DNA from: Macrostomum lignano
Taxonomy: Eukaryota
DNA: 64,000 nt
Assembly: GCA_002269645.1 (NCBI GenBank)
Contig: NIVC01003901.1
Location: 38,050 to 102,049 of the forward strand
Direction: 5' to 3'
Shown piece after piece: positions 42,387 to 55,052 of this stretch. Positions within the stretch are counted from its first letter, which is position 1. The number at the start of each line of letters is the position of its first letter. A program made the position numbers and the translations under genes. Below the pieces are notes generated by a model that ran no database searches, was not told the DNA's origin, and worked only from the letters and a program-made list of their open reading frames with translations.

Positions 42387-44977
42387 AATGTGAGGGTTTC
42401 ACGAGAGATATTCAGACAGGGGCTCCCTAAAACACGCCCCGCACCGGGCCCCGAACCGCTACACATTATAACATTTTTTGTCAATGCAGTAGGGGGCCTA
42501 TTTGATTGCAAGGAAAAGTTAAAATAGTAATGGAATAAATATCTTTATTTATTTTTTTAAATATTATTTTTTTTATATTCTCGTTTTCATTATTAAATTA
42601 TGATATTATTATTTTATTAATATTATTATTAATATCACTTATTGTTCACCGAATTTTATATTTCAAAGTAAAAAAACTAAATTTAATAAAAACTTGAAGC
42701 TTAACAGAAAACGCATTCTGAAGTGTCTTTAGTTATAGTCCAATTTGTTTTAATGTGTAGCGCTGCAGGGCGGTGCGGGGCGTGTTTTAGGGAGACCCAT
42801 TCCGAAGACAGACATTCAAAATGATTGTCTGTAACTTTAAACAAAATTGATCCGCTTCAACCATCTTTTTGGCAAATACTTACGCAAGTGTTGGGCGTCG
42901 AATAAGCTTTAATTTATTAACTGATGTAAAAATCCTGACATACATTGATTTAAAAATTGCTTAGCAACACTAGCTCTGATTAGAAATCGCTTTACTGTTG
43001 ACTAAAATTGTTTTGATCGTAGCAGCCTAAAAGCAGATACTGGATTTAAAAATGCTTCGATTTACTCTATACGCATGTCTCAGCTTTAAAATGACACCTC
43101 AGGCGTTGCAAAAGACAGCTTTGATGCTGAGATATTTGACACTAAACATGCATTGCTTTGCGCAAACTCACATTCAGAAATTTCACTGATTTTTTGTTGA
43201 TATTTGTGCAGTTGCCGTGTCCTTGTTTTTCATCAGAATCTCGTCAAATTCTAGTCATGTCTATACGCATGTCTCAGCTTTAAAATGACACCTCAGGCGT
43301 CGCAAAAGACAGCTTTGATGCTGAGATATTTGACACTAAACATGCATTGCTTTGCGCAAACTCACATTCAGAAATTTCACTGATTTTTTGTTGATATTTG
43401 TGCAGTTGCCGTGTCCTTGTTTTTCATCAGAATCTCGTCAAATTCTAGTCATGTCTATACGCATGTCTCAGCTTTAAAATGACACCTCAGGCGTTGCAAA
43501 AGACAGCTTTGATGCTGAGATATTCGAAACTAAACATTGCTTTGCTCAAACTCACATTCGGAAACTTCACTGATTTTTATTCAATATTTGTTCAGATGCT
43601 TGTCTACTTCTCCATTTATTAACCATCGCATGGAGCCTTGCTAACGTACAAGTGTATGTAGTTACTGTAAATGGGGTTTTTGTGACTCACTTAAACTTGT
43701 TTACGCATTCTGCAGCTATTCGCCGCCTTTCATTGGAGTGATTCATGGAGTCCAGTTGATAAATTTCCGCAAATTGGACTGCTTCTACGTCAGATCTCAA
43801 CATTTGGAACCGTCCTTGAACTATTTCAGAGTTAAGTGAGCTAATGGCATCAAATGGAAGGCTAGTGCTCGTACTCGTAAGCGAAGCAGGTTCACAATTG
43901 AAATGGTTGTATTCATGGCCATGGGATCTAAACTGATCTGTTTTACTTTCACGATCGCTTCGGTCTCAGAAGGAGCAGCAGTTGATGGACTGAGGCGAGA
44001 AGAAGATGTGTCACAACTTGAGCTGTTTTTAGAAAATATCTTTATCCAATTAAATATTTTCATGCGGCTCCTTAGGTTGTTCCGAATTCCGAGTCTAGAA
44101 GTCAAGACAGAAAAAAGTTAAGAACTGCTACGGTAGTCCGTAGGGATTGGAAAGCTTAGCAGTACATTAGATCCCACCGCTTACCTCATTCCAATTTGGA
44201 TAGCAGAATTGCCACGCAAAAAATGTAAAAACATAACAATAAACTATTTGCTTCATATTAATTGCCACTGACTGTTAATAAACGCGACGTCAATTTCTCT
44301 CAATAACAGTTGGAACATGTTTCTCGTACACTCGTATATTTATTTGAACCGCAAAGCGGTGAAAAAGTCATGATTGGTCGCCATATGTACAAATGTACAC
44401 TCACAGACTCACTGACTCAGGTACAATCTATGCAATATAAAGGCAGGAATCATTAAAAATCAAATACTTAAGACAGTTTAAGAGAAGTCCAGGTTTAAAC
44501 TGGACATGACTAGAATTTGACAAGTTTCTGATGAAAAACAAGGACACGGCAACTGCACAAATATCGATAAAAATCAGTGAAATTTCTGAATGTGAGTTTG
44601 CGCAAAGCAATTGTTTAATGTCGAATATCTCAGCATCAAAGCTGTCTTTTGCAACGCCTGAGGTGTCATTTTAAAGCTGAGACATGCGTATAGAGTAAAT
44701 CGAAGCATTTTTAAATCCAGTATCTGCTTTTAGGCTGCTACGATCAAAACAATTTTAGTCAACAGTAAAGCGATTTCTAATCAGAGTGTTGCTAAGCAAT
44801 TTTTAAATCAATGTATGTCAGGATTTTTACATCAGTTAATAAATTAAAGCTTATTCGACGCCCAACACTTGCGTAAGTATTTGCCAAAAAGATGGTTGAA
44901 GCGGGTCAATTTTGTTTAAAGTTACAGACGATCGTTTTGAATGTCTGGCTGAATATCTCTCGTGAAACCCTCACATT
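42387..44977. mobile_element. Non-autonomous foldback-type element with long terminal inverted repeats; left arm interrupted by a MITE and carrying 3 tandem 194-bp subunits
   Basis: 42809-43260 is the reverse complement of 44505-44947; 42387-42416 is the reverse complement of 44949-44977; 194-bp units start at 43067, 43261 and 43455. Confidence 0.8.
42417..42798. mobile_element. ~380-bp MITE (hAT-like CAGGGG end)
   Basis: TIR GGGCTCCCTAAAACACGCCCCGCACCG vs CGGTGCGGGGCGTGTTTTAGGGAGACCC; AT-rich interior; it splits the foldback arm. Confidence 0.75.
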
Positions 44978-45208
44978 CTAAACAAGACTCAAGAGAAATT
45001 GCACTCTGAGCCTTAAAATCGCACCTTGAAATTTGGCACAAGGTGCGATTTCGCACCTTATCTCTGGCGAAAAAAAAAACCCAGGCTGCTGCTGCTGCAC
45101 AGTCAGGAATGCCTTGAGGAGTGAGTCCTTCCATCTTATCTCTTCAAAGATTTTCTAGCAATGCATTGAAAATGCAAAAGCTAGTTCCATTGGCTAGCAT
45201 AGACCTCC

Positions 45209-47640
45209 TCAATTGATGTGATCAAAGAATGATGATGCCTCAGCTGGAACCCAATCAACATCCAATGGTGGCACCTCTTCCTGTTCAAGCAATAGCTTTC
45301 TACAAGAGTCACACTTACAGTTCTGCACAAACTTGCAAGCAACTGTGGCGGTGACATAGAATATTGCAGTCAGGTCTTCTAGCCAAGGATAGCTATCCAT
45401 CTCCAGCTGTGCAGCCAGCATGCTCACAGATTCCCAAACAGAGCCAGAGTTGGAGGGCACCTTGATGACACTGTCAATTTCCTTCAAGGAAAATTCCGAA
45501 TACTTCAAAAGGCTGACCACAGCAATTTTTTTGCTGTTTTCCTTCACCTGTCGTGCGGAAATGAAGAAATTCGCCCTGGACATTTGCCAAAGCCAGCCAA
45601 ATCGGTGCTCAATGCAGTCTGACTGAATCGCTCCAAGAAGCACATAGGAAAAGCCTTCATGGTTCAGCAAATGCCTTGCATAGCAGGCCAAGGCACGGCA
45701 AGTCATGCGGTAGGCAAAGAAGGTCTCCTTGGACATGCCAGGATTGCCTGACTCCTCCCAGCTGTCAAGAAAGTCAGCAAACTCCTCTAGAAACTGCAGC
45801 TTCCAGTCAAGCGATGAATGGACAGGATCCTGGCTGATGTCCCACTTGCACTTTCCTTTGTATGGCGACTTGACAATGAGGACATGCCAGAGCTTCAGCA
45901 CCAAGGTGATAAAGTCCACAGTGCCTTGCCAGGGCCTACCATCATGCTCAGAGTAGTAGCAGACAAGCATCACGGATAGACTCATTGAAGATGGCAACTG
46001 TGAGCTTCACTGAGGTCTTCTTGATGCTCTTCGGACTGAGAACAGTAGGATTCAGCTTGTGCGCTAGCTTCAGTGGCTTTGTAGCTTCCAACTTATATAG
46101 CTAGATGATGTGGTCAAATCAAGCTTCGGATCCGTGCAAAAGAGCTGGAGAGGAAGGGAGATGAAAGACTCCTCAACTCTGAAAGTTGTTGTAGATGTTT
46201 TTCAAGTTATGCACTAGATCGAATAGCACAAACACAGGCTAGCATGTTACTTCATCTATGAATGATGGATTGATGTTGCACCTTGAACTGCTGCACAGGC
46301 CTTTGGCAAATTTCCAATTGACGGCAGCGTTGTCCATGCACACTGCCATGACAGTGAACCCAAGCTTTCTCAGGACCTCCATGGCCTGCTGAAACCAATT
46401 GGAGAGCTTCTTTGCCATTAATGCAGAAACTGCGTGCATTGCCACCATATCCTTGAACTCTCCAATAACAGAGCTGATCATGAAGCAGCAAAGCGTTGAA
46501 GCCCATGCACTATCCTCATCAATGCCCATAAGCTGGCCATTGCTATATTCAATTCTACTTGCAACATAGATCTCGTCGATGACTAAGGTCACAACCTTCT
46601 CCATCTGTGACAGCTTTGAAGCTCTCAGAGCAAGGTAGCCTTCGCTGTCAAGGCCACTTGAAGATCCAACTCTTGCAGTAATTGACCTTAGCGTGCAATC
46701 AGATGGAAGGCAGATTGCATCTTGTTCAAGCATGGTCTTGTATGCTGAGGCACTAATGGAGTAGATCAAGTAGGAGAACACAAGGAGATCCTCGGAGTAC
46801 CTCCTGGTGTGTGATGGCTTCCTGCTCAGCTTCAGCTGCTCCAGGGCAAAGCTCACAGTACAATTGTCTGTCAGCCCTTCTGCTTCTTCCAAGAGATCTT
46901 GCACTGCATCTAGCAGACTGGCAACCTTGGTCTCAGAGGACTCTGCCTTGCAGGAATCTTCAGTCCAATTCTTGATTCTCGACATACAATTCACAAGTTG
47001 GCTGAGAGTCAAAGCTTTTCCTCCAGTCAGTAGGTCGCTAAACATGCTTGCTTTTAGTGGCAGTCCATTGGCTCCATATGTGATGGTAAGGTCTTTTGCA
47101 AGGCAAATATAGCAGGAAACACGGCACACTGGTTGTGTCTCTAGCATGTAGATGCACAGCTTGTTGTCCTGGATAGCCGTCTGAAATCTAGCTGGCTTGG
47201 TTGCTTCCTGCTCCAGCTTGCGCTGAATCTCCTGTAGGTCCATCTCGGCAATGGAGTCAGCTTCCAGAAAGACTCCAATCCTTTCCTTTAGCTCTCTTTG
47301 CTCTCTCTCCATGCGCTAAGACAATGTCACTGTCGTTGCTCGCGGTGCTTTCTTATCAAATGACAAGTAGATGGGAGTGTTTAGGAAGATAGACAGAACT
47401 GCTCCAGGCTTCAGACACCTCCTTGACAGTGACTCACTTCTTCTCTTATTTCGCGTGGCATTGGTATCCGCAGATGCTTCAATGAAGTCATGAGGATGAA
47501 AATGGCAAGAGCAAATCTTGGAGTACTTTGTTGGCTTGAAGTCTTTTCTCGGGTTTGCTCGCTTCCATTTCTCAAGAAGAGCAGCATCTTGGAAAAGGTA
47601 GCTGTAGAAGCTCACTCTAGATTCTGAGTTTATTATTTTG
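45209..47640 (-). pseudogene. Degenerate P-element/THAP9-like transposase
   Basis: THAP C-terminal half (W..ANPR..FKP....ICSCHF..HDF..LKPGAVLSIF), LPSDCTL, LVIDEIYV, FDLVHNLKNIYNN, KLAHKL..VLSPKSIKKTSVKL, YVLLGAIQSDCIEHRFG; several in-frame stops at 46000-46240 and a frameshift near 47315. Confidence 0.85.
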
Positions 47641-47769
47641 ACCCTGTTTTTGAACTTTTTAGACTCCCAAGGCAACAAAAATGAGTTATAAAGGTTAAAT
47701 AAGTTCAAGTTACTACATAGGGTAGTAGTGTATAATCTAGTAGAGGATATTGCCAAATTGCCATTCAGG

Positions 47770-48019
47770 AAAAGCTTGGTGCCACATGAATTCATGCCAT
47801 GCCAGCATGGCGCTGGAGTGCCATGGCAACATTGCATGTGTCACACATCTTGCTATTAGCGAGCAGGTGGTGTCTTGCCATCCATTGCATGGCTTCGTCA
47901 ACGTCTGGTACTAGTGCAACTAATTCTTGGTGGGTGACTTCAATGTCACACAGCAAGATGCTGTTGACAACTTTGGCAGCAAGCACGATAGATAGTGGCG
48001 CTCTAAGTCGGCTAGCCAT
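47770..48019 (-). pseudogene. Fragment resembling the N-terminal Zn-ribbon region of Merlin/ISXO2-like transposases
   Basis: DVDEAMQWMARHHLLANSKMCDTCNVAMALQR..DG pattern; no DDE domain visible. Confidence 0.4.
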
Positions 48020-50185
48020 TCAGTCAGTAGCTGAAAAGGTCAAAAACAGATTCAAAAAATAATTTAGAGCAGGAATCCAAAGGATTGCCTTATTATCATG
48101 CATTATTTTGGTTTAATCAATCATATTTATATATAGATACAATAATAGATTTGAAACAAATTATTCATAATATAAAAACTTTAATCTTTTTAGGGTTTAT
48201 GCCAATTTATTACCACAAGGCCATATATATCAAATATATCACTATCAGTTATATTAATGATACATATCTTTATTTTTTAACTGAATAGTCTTTTTTTTGC
48301 ATTACAAGTTTGTCACTTACAATTATAACCCATAGTCTAGATCATGCTAAGTGAATGCCAGAATGCTTTGAATCAATGAACGCTGACACTAATTGCAGTT
48401 GTGACAATAAAGGACCTTTTTTGCAATTGCAACAATAAAGAACATTTTTCGTAGTTTGCATTTTTACAATGTAAGTTTCAATTAAAACTAAACTAATGAT
48501 ACAACCTATATGTATATATGGACTGCTGACTGACTAACAATTTATTTTGTTTTTGTTGTTGTGTTATTGTACATGTTCCTGCTAATAAACTATTGATATC
48601 TTTTCAATTATTTACATTTATCCTAGTTAATACTGTCAGAAAAACCACTTATAATTTAGCTTTGAATTGTAAAAACTTTCTGCAACAAATGACTTTGAAC
48701 ATCTATCTCTTATATGCCTTACACTGATATGCCTTAATGCACATTGCATGCTATTTGTACATGCTCACAACTACACTTTCTTTCAGTGATACACTAATAT
48801 TTTGAAATGCATGCTATGCATGCTGACATTTTCAAATGCATGCCGGAAAACTCTGTCATGCACTACATCTTATGGAAATAGGATTATAAACTGCCAAAGT
48901 AATGATATAATAAGCCTAGATATTTATGAAACTTAAAATTTATATATTTATTTTAACACTTCTCTTATGTATAAAAGTTTTATTATTAACAAAACTATAG
49001 TTTATTAGCATACTAGGCCTAATGCAAAATGGAGTGCCTAATTAAATAGTAGTGCTACCAAGGGGGCAATGGGTCAATTGCCCCCCTTAGGTAGGGACTA
49101 GAAATAATCAAAGAGGGGTTCAAGTAAATTTTTGCTAAAATACAGAGCCACTTCCTCTATTATCTCTCCCCCATATATGTTTTTACTCTCTAGAATCTGC
49201 CTTTTCCCTTAACAAATTTCTAGTTGCATTATTGTAAATCTCAAATACAAAAATAAAGAAATTAAATAAGTTCAGAGCCATAAAAATGTTTTACCTCAAA
49301 CATTAGGCCTAATATAATAATTTTTGTACTTAAAACCAAAAATTACACTAAGTTTTACTAAGACACTAAAGAGTGCTATTCATTTTTAAAGGCATTCTGA
49401 CAATGATTAATACCAAAGATAAATATTTTGCTTATTTAACTTATAAAACTATAATATTTAATTTCTAGAAATATCTATTTTTGTTAGTTTTATACTTAAA
49501 ATAAAAAATTTTCTTTGCTTTTAAGTTTAATTTTGTTATGAATAAAGGCATTTATAGTTACTAAATTTAATATCCAATAAACCTGCTTAATTAAATAGTA
49601 TAGAATAGTAGAATAGTCTAGAATAGTATGGAATTTATATATAGAATGCATTTTCTACAATGTCACAGTATATCTTGATACTAGCATATTGTCAATGCTG
49701 CCATTTATGGTAGCCATCATACTGCATCTATTGAAGCTTGACAGATTGTGGCCATAGACATTTTGACATTCTGTTCAAACTTATTGTCACTTTGATATTG
49801 ATATTGATATCTATAACAAGGAATAGAATTGCAGCTTGAGCCATCAATTGACAACTATATATTTCTTGGTAGTTGGTATACTATTCTGACTCACTCCTGC
49901 AGCTGTGCCAAGATTTGAAATAGGTTCTAGATTAGGTTCCAGATTTTCTTGCAACTTTTTGTCTGTTATAGCAATGACACTCTGGTGCTAAGTGAGAGCA
50001 TATATAGGTAGGCCAACTATATACAATTTCTCTTTGTGTTTAGCAGACATCATGGCAATTTGCAATTCCTTGCATTTCATTTAGATCAACTATTTGAAGT
50101 ACACCTTTTTGAAGGTCAATGTCTTCTGTTGTAACAATGAATAAAATGACTTTCAAATCTAGTTCACAATGAGCAGCCACCATGA

Positions 50186-50376
50186 CAGTGGTGCAACCAA
50201 GAGGGAGTTAAGAGCAGTCACCCCCTTAGATAGAGAGCAGAAAAAACAAAATGGAGGACCAAGCAAATGTTTGCCAAAATATAATAACAGAGCTATATCC
50301 CTTCTATTGCACTTGGGTCTTTACCTTCCAGAATCCATTGGTGTCTTCTCTCAACAAATTTCTAGTTGTGCTACTG
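50186..50376. mobile_element. Old ~190-bp hAT-like MITE; related degenerate copy at ~49050-49235
   Basis: CAGTGGTGCAACC.. and ..CTAGTTGTGCTACTG form an imperfect TIR; both copies share AAATTTCTAGTTG near the 3' end. Confidence 0.45.
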
Positions 50377-50549
50377 CATTATAACTTCATCTAGGGTTTG
50401 CACAGTGCCTCCCATCAATACAATGCTATTGCATTGCTGCTTTATTATAGCTCCTACTCCATTAACTGCGCATTTGCCATGGCCCATTTTGGTAAAAAGC
50501 TACTACAAATAATGCACTCATTTTTTGTGGCAGACAATCAAAAGCATAC

Positions 50550-51246
50550 AGATTAAACCAATTTCTTCTACTGGCTGATAGAAGAGTCTAAGATTATAGT
50601 AATCTTGGTAATTTAAAAAAATCTATCCTAGAAATACTTTAGGACAGGCAAAAGATTCACTCCTATTGGGTTGCTAGTCTTGCAATTGTCTGCTTACAAT
50701 GTTGAAAAGCAACAAGATTTTGACTTAGGTGATAGTATACTCCTTGATAAATGATCACTTCATGCTTGGAACCAAAGTGACTCAATTGCACTTCATATCC
50801 ACATTTCTTAGAATAGTTCTCACAATTAGCAAAACAAGATGACCATGTTTCTGATGAAATTTTAGCTCCTAGATGGCTTGGTACTAATGCCTAAGCCTAT
50901 AAAGTTTACTTGGTGTTGTGAAATTTGCAGGCTCCACTGTTAAGAGTTCAAATCCTAATGAATGACATTTTGCGAGCTTTGGACTGTCTGGATATCGTGA
51001 TCATACCTGATGCTATCTACAGAGCCCCAACATAGTATTTGGCAAATAATAGTTTTCATTTGTTTTTAACAATGCATAAAAACAGTGAAGAATTTTGCTA
51101 TCTCTTGCACAATGCACAGGCACCATTCTGAAATCCAGTTGCAAGTTGTTTGCTAGTAGCCAATCATTGAAGCATTGAACTGCTGCTGTATTTTTCATCA
51201 AGCTAGGCTGACACTGGTTGTCCATTTCAAATTGCTTGCCCTTCAT
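50550..51246 (-). pseudogene. Possible highly decayed Crypton/DUF3504-type tyrosine-recombinase fragment
   Basis: KNTAAVQCFNDWLL..ILHCFYALLKTNENYY..TM..L resembles the N-terminal Crypton motif; downstream is stop-ridden (..RLFYQP..). Confidence 0.35.
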
Positions 51247-51544
51247 ATAAATTTATAGAGCCTGTTAAGCCCACTAATCATTGAATTAGTGCTGATGGTT
51301 AAATTAGTCACTAATTTAGGTTAAAGTCTTTCAATTCTTTAAAAAAGCTTGGCAAGGAGTCTTATTTGGGTAAAAAAAAACAGTTAAAAACTATAAGTGA
51401 TGATTGATTCAGCATATCTCACACAAAAAACTAGTTTAACTCTGCAGAATCTGTCCTCTGTCTTAATGAGCGCCCGCATTACTAACAGTATTATCATCAC
51501 CTCATTCCAGCTGCAAGTCAGCCAGCCAGATTAGTCTCTGAGCC

Positions 51545-51768
51545 ATGGGCAGCTACCTGAGCAGCGCTAGCGCGCCAGAGCGAATGCTGGAGGGCGGCGT
51601 TCCAGCCAGCGAGCGCCGCGTCCTCATTGCTCTGGACGGCTCGCCTGGCGCCCAGAAGGCCTTCAACTTCTGGGCCAACGCGCCTGGCAGCCGCAACGAC
51701 GAGTTGATCCTGTTCAGCTCGCTGGAGATGCCGAATGTGCTCACTGGCCTGCTGCTGCTGCCGTCTGG
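51545..51768 (+). CDS. Universal stress protein (UspA family), exon 1 only
   Basis: RRVLIALDGSPGAQKAFNFW..NDELILF is the USP beta1-alpha1-beta2 motif; GC3-rich; donor GTGAGT at 51769. Later exons were not found in the window. Confidence 0.8.
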
Positions 51769-51899
51769 GTGAGTTGAGGTGGGCGGCTTCTTGAGACTCT
51801 GCTGTGCAGGGGAGCTCAGGGTAGGATAGTCGGTGGGCTTCTTCGTGAGGTTTTTTTGTTTTTAGATCATCAATCTTGATGCTTGAAATTTGGGTCTAT

Positions 51900-52375
51900 G
51901 AGAATTTCCGGCTGAGGTTTGCCCGCGCAAGCTTTTCCCGCCGAGATTTTCTCACCGGGTTTTCCTGTCGAAGTTTCAAGTCAAATCCGATCGGATTCGA
52001 TTTGAAATCTAGTCTAGTTTATGTCTAGTCTAGTCTAGTCTAGGCTAGTTATAATTTAGTCCAGTATTGTCTATAGACTGGATTTGACTTGAAATTCCGA
52101 TTGTAAAAACCCTGCGGGAAAACCTCGCTGCGGGAAAACCTCGCTGCGGGAAAACCTCCTATGGGAAAAACTCGCTGTGGGAAAACCTCGCTGCGGGAAA
52201 ACCTCCTATGGGAAAAACTCGCTGTGGGAAAACCTCGCTGCGGGAAAACCTCCTATGGGAAAAACTCGCTGTGGGAAAACCTCGCTGCGGGAAAACCTCC
52301 TATGGGAAAAACTCGCTGTGGGAAAACCTCGCTGCGGGAAAACCTCGGCGGGAAAACTTCCTGCGGGAAATTCTG
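51900..52375. mobile_element. Foldback MITE-like element whose right arm is expanded into a tandem array (GGGAAAACCTCGCTGC..)
   Basis: TTTCAAGTCAAATCC (~51975) pairs with GGATTTGACTTGAAA (~52080); TTTTCCCGCCGAG with CTCGGCGGGAAAA; GAATTTCC with GGAAATTC; (TCTAG)n centre. Confidence 0.65.
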
Positions 52376-52894
52376 GTGCTCCCTGAAATTTGCATCGATT
52401 TCTACGAATATGTGTCTGCTCATTTGAAGTTGAGCGAGTAGAGACATTTTTCATGTTGGTTCAGCAACTAAGCCGATATTGCAGTCAAGTTGCTTTTGTA
52501 ATTCACGATTTGAAACATTCGCAATCCCCGAGATCATGATCGAAACAGAATATTTTCGACATCTCGTCCGACCTCTACTGCTCATGGAGACGCAGGGAAG
52601 TTTGGGGTTCGATTGCTTGTTACCCAATGTAAAGCTATGGGAAAGCAGCTGACGTCATTGCTGGATCTACTAGCGTATGCCATTTTAACACAGCAGTCCA
52701 GCGGATTTCTCGACTGTAAGCTTCTAGGCGTCTCCCAAAAGTGAGATTCGAGTTCAGATTAGTGAAATTCGTCAGGACCGGCTTCTGAGTTCCTACGGGC
52801 TTAGCATCTGATTTTAACCACAGTGCCAGGAGGACACGCACGCTCGAGGTTCCATTTAACTAGCCAGACTAGCCATGATAAATAATACGCTTCA

Positions 52895-53408
52895 CATTCT
52901 CCTCGTGTTACTCCAATGTGATTGTCCAGTGTGTTACTCCAATGTGATTGTCCAGTGTGTTACTCCAATGTGATTGTCCAGTGTGTTACTCCAATGTGAT
53001 TGTCCAGTGTGTTACTCCAATGTGATTGTCCAGTGTGTTACTCCAATGTGATTGTCCAGTGTGTTACTCCAATGTGATTGTCCAGTGTGTTACTCCAATG
53101 TGATTGTCCAGTGTGTTACTCCAATGTGATTGTCCAGTGTGTTACTCCAATGTGATTGTCCAGTGTGTTACTCCAATGTGATTGTCCAGTGTGTTACTCC
53201 AATGTGATTGTCCAGTGTGTTACTCCAATGTGATTGTCCAGTGTGTTACTCCAATGTGATTGTCCAGTGTGTTACTCCAATGTGATTGTCCAGTGTGTTA
53301 CTCCAATGTGATTGTCCAGTGTGTTACTCCAATGTGATTGTCCAGTGTGTTACTCCAATGTGATTGTCCAGTGTGTTACTCCAATGTGATTGTCCAGTGT
53401 GTTACTCC
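52895..53408. repeat. 26-bp near-perfect array (GTGTGTTACTCCAATGTGATTGTCCA)n
   Basis: Direct reading, about 20 copies. Confidence 0.96.
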
Positions 53409-53447
53409 ACTCTGATGGCGACATCTGCGCGCCAATTGAGATCCAGC

Positions 53448-54292
53448 TCAATCGTATTTCATCTGTAACTCTTTCGTTCTCACTAAATCAATCAGTATCC
53501 CACTATTAAAGAAACAATCTGTCCTAGGGGAGCGGCATTGGGTCAGGTGTCGCAGTTGACTTCTCGGAGGTTCTTCCAATTGGTCAATGCGTCTATGTAC
53601 GAGTCTCCTACCTATGGATAAGAGGGATGAGACCTGCAGTCGCGTGATCAGGGTGGTCAAGGCAGAGCGGCTCAGTGGTAAAATAAACGCATCTGGTTTC
53701 CGACCACGACCCGGCGAGAAAGCGGATGGAAAGTCTTACCTGCTGTTCGGCGCTCAGAGCAAAGTTGCACCGTGTTGGATGTTCGATTCTGTGTCGAATT
53801 CTATCTATTAGGCTTGAAAGCTGGATCTCGTTAAGTCTAAAACGCATAGCACTCTCGGCTGGATCTTCTTCAAAAAAATTTATTCTTGCCTTAAATTGTC
53901 GATGGCGTCTATCATTGACTCCTTCCTCATCAGAATCCGATTCGCTGTCCGAAAACATTATAATCCTAGCTTGTCTAAGAGTGAAAATTGGCCCTTGAAC
54001 TCTTGCTTAGGAGTCAAGAGTTAGGAGCGAAATTTTCTCATTCTATAGAACACGCGCTCCTAGAATCACTCCTAAAAGCCAACTCCTAGCTCCTAGACTT
54101 CCTCTCCTAATTCTATAGCATGCCACGGACCTTAATGAGTTCTCCTAAATTCACCCAGTAGTCTCCTAACGTCCTTAAGGAGCCTCCTAGCTTTTAAAAT
54201 TTACTCTTTATTCTATAGCACAGAAAAGCCAGCTAAGAGTTAGGACACTATTAAGGATTTAGGAGTTAAGAGTATTCTATAGCACGGGCCCC
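53448..54292 (-). mobile_element. Truncated PIF/Harbinger element: HARBI1-like transposase N-terminus (53958..53608) plus one end with subterminal repeats
   Basis: FRLNE..LIDRIRHRIEHPTRCNFALSAEQQVRLSIRFLAGS motif; end GGGCCCGTGCTATAGAAT (minus) at ~54290; repeated TTCTATAGCA motifs at 54040-54285. Confidence 0.75.
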
Positions 54293-54967
54293 TTTAAAAA
54301 AGCCAATGCCGCGATATGGTGCTAGGCAGGCATAAAAAATAACTCAAAGGGCCGCTTGCACTTAGCAGGGCCGACTTATATATTTGGCTATGACTAATTG
54401 CGTAATAAATCAATTATTGAAGTGAATGGTTGGCTGTGCGTACTTGTACGGGGCAGTGATAGCGCCGGACTAAGTGAGCGAGAGAGAGAGAGGAGGCAGA
54501 TGTACACTGCCCCACAGACTCCTGGTTCGCTTCTGTGCGCAGCCACATTAATTTGAGGCTTGTGCGCAAAAATTAGCTTTAAGGATTGTCGTGCGATTCA
54601 CAGCCATGAGAGCCGACCCCCCGAGGCTTAAAGTGTGACTATTGGCAATTCGGGACCGCTGTACATCCTGCATGAGTGCGTGCCTGCGTACAGCATTAGC
54701 GCGCTTGTACGAGTATGTGTTCAAGAGTCAGCGGAATGTGCAGAATTGCCTCACCGCCGGTGATGGGGAGTAGTAGGGGAAATGTGGACTCTGCCGCAGG
54801 AATTTCCGTGGGAAAACCACGGGCCTGTAGTGTGTAAACATAGCGCCTATGTAAATGCATTGGTGGACTCTGCCGCAGGGAAAGCCATGGAAATTCCATG
54901 GGGCCTTAGTGAGAGAACATAGGCCTATGTTTTTCTATTGCTGTATGTCTGCTGCAGTGGTTTAGTC

Positions 54968-54975
54968 TATATAAG
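54968..54975 (+). promoter_or_regulatory. Candidate TATA box (TATATAAG) upstream of the first Polinton ORF
   Basis: Canonical TATAWAW, 85 nt before the ATG at 55053. Confidence 0.5.
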
Positions 54976-55052
54976 GACCAAAAAATCTCTTTGATTCATG
55001 AAAAAACGATTTTTTTTTCGACGAGATAGTTTATTCTGTTAGATTTTAAGTC

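Noticed and set aside
43821-44105. ORF inside the foldback element as a candidate transposase
   Set aside because: Short, with no catalytic motifs.
49650-50150. Possible hAT transposase remnant (QYDG-like motif on minus)
   Set aside because: Too decayed; a single short motif amid stops.
52895-53408. CRISPR-like regular repeats (also 21405-23417, 29218-29720)
   Set aside because: Units are contiguous with no unique spacers, there are no cas genes, and the context is eukaryotic.
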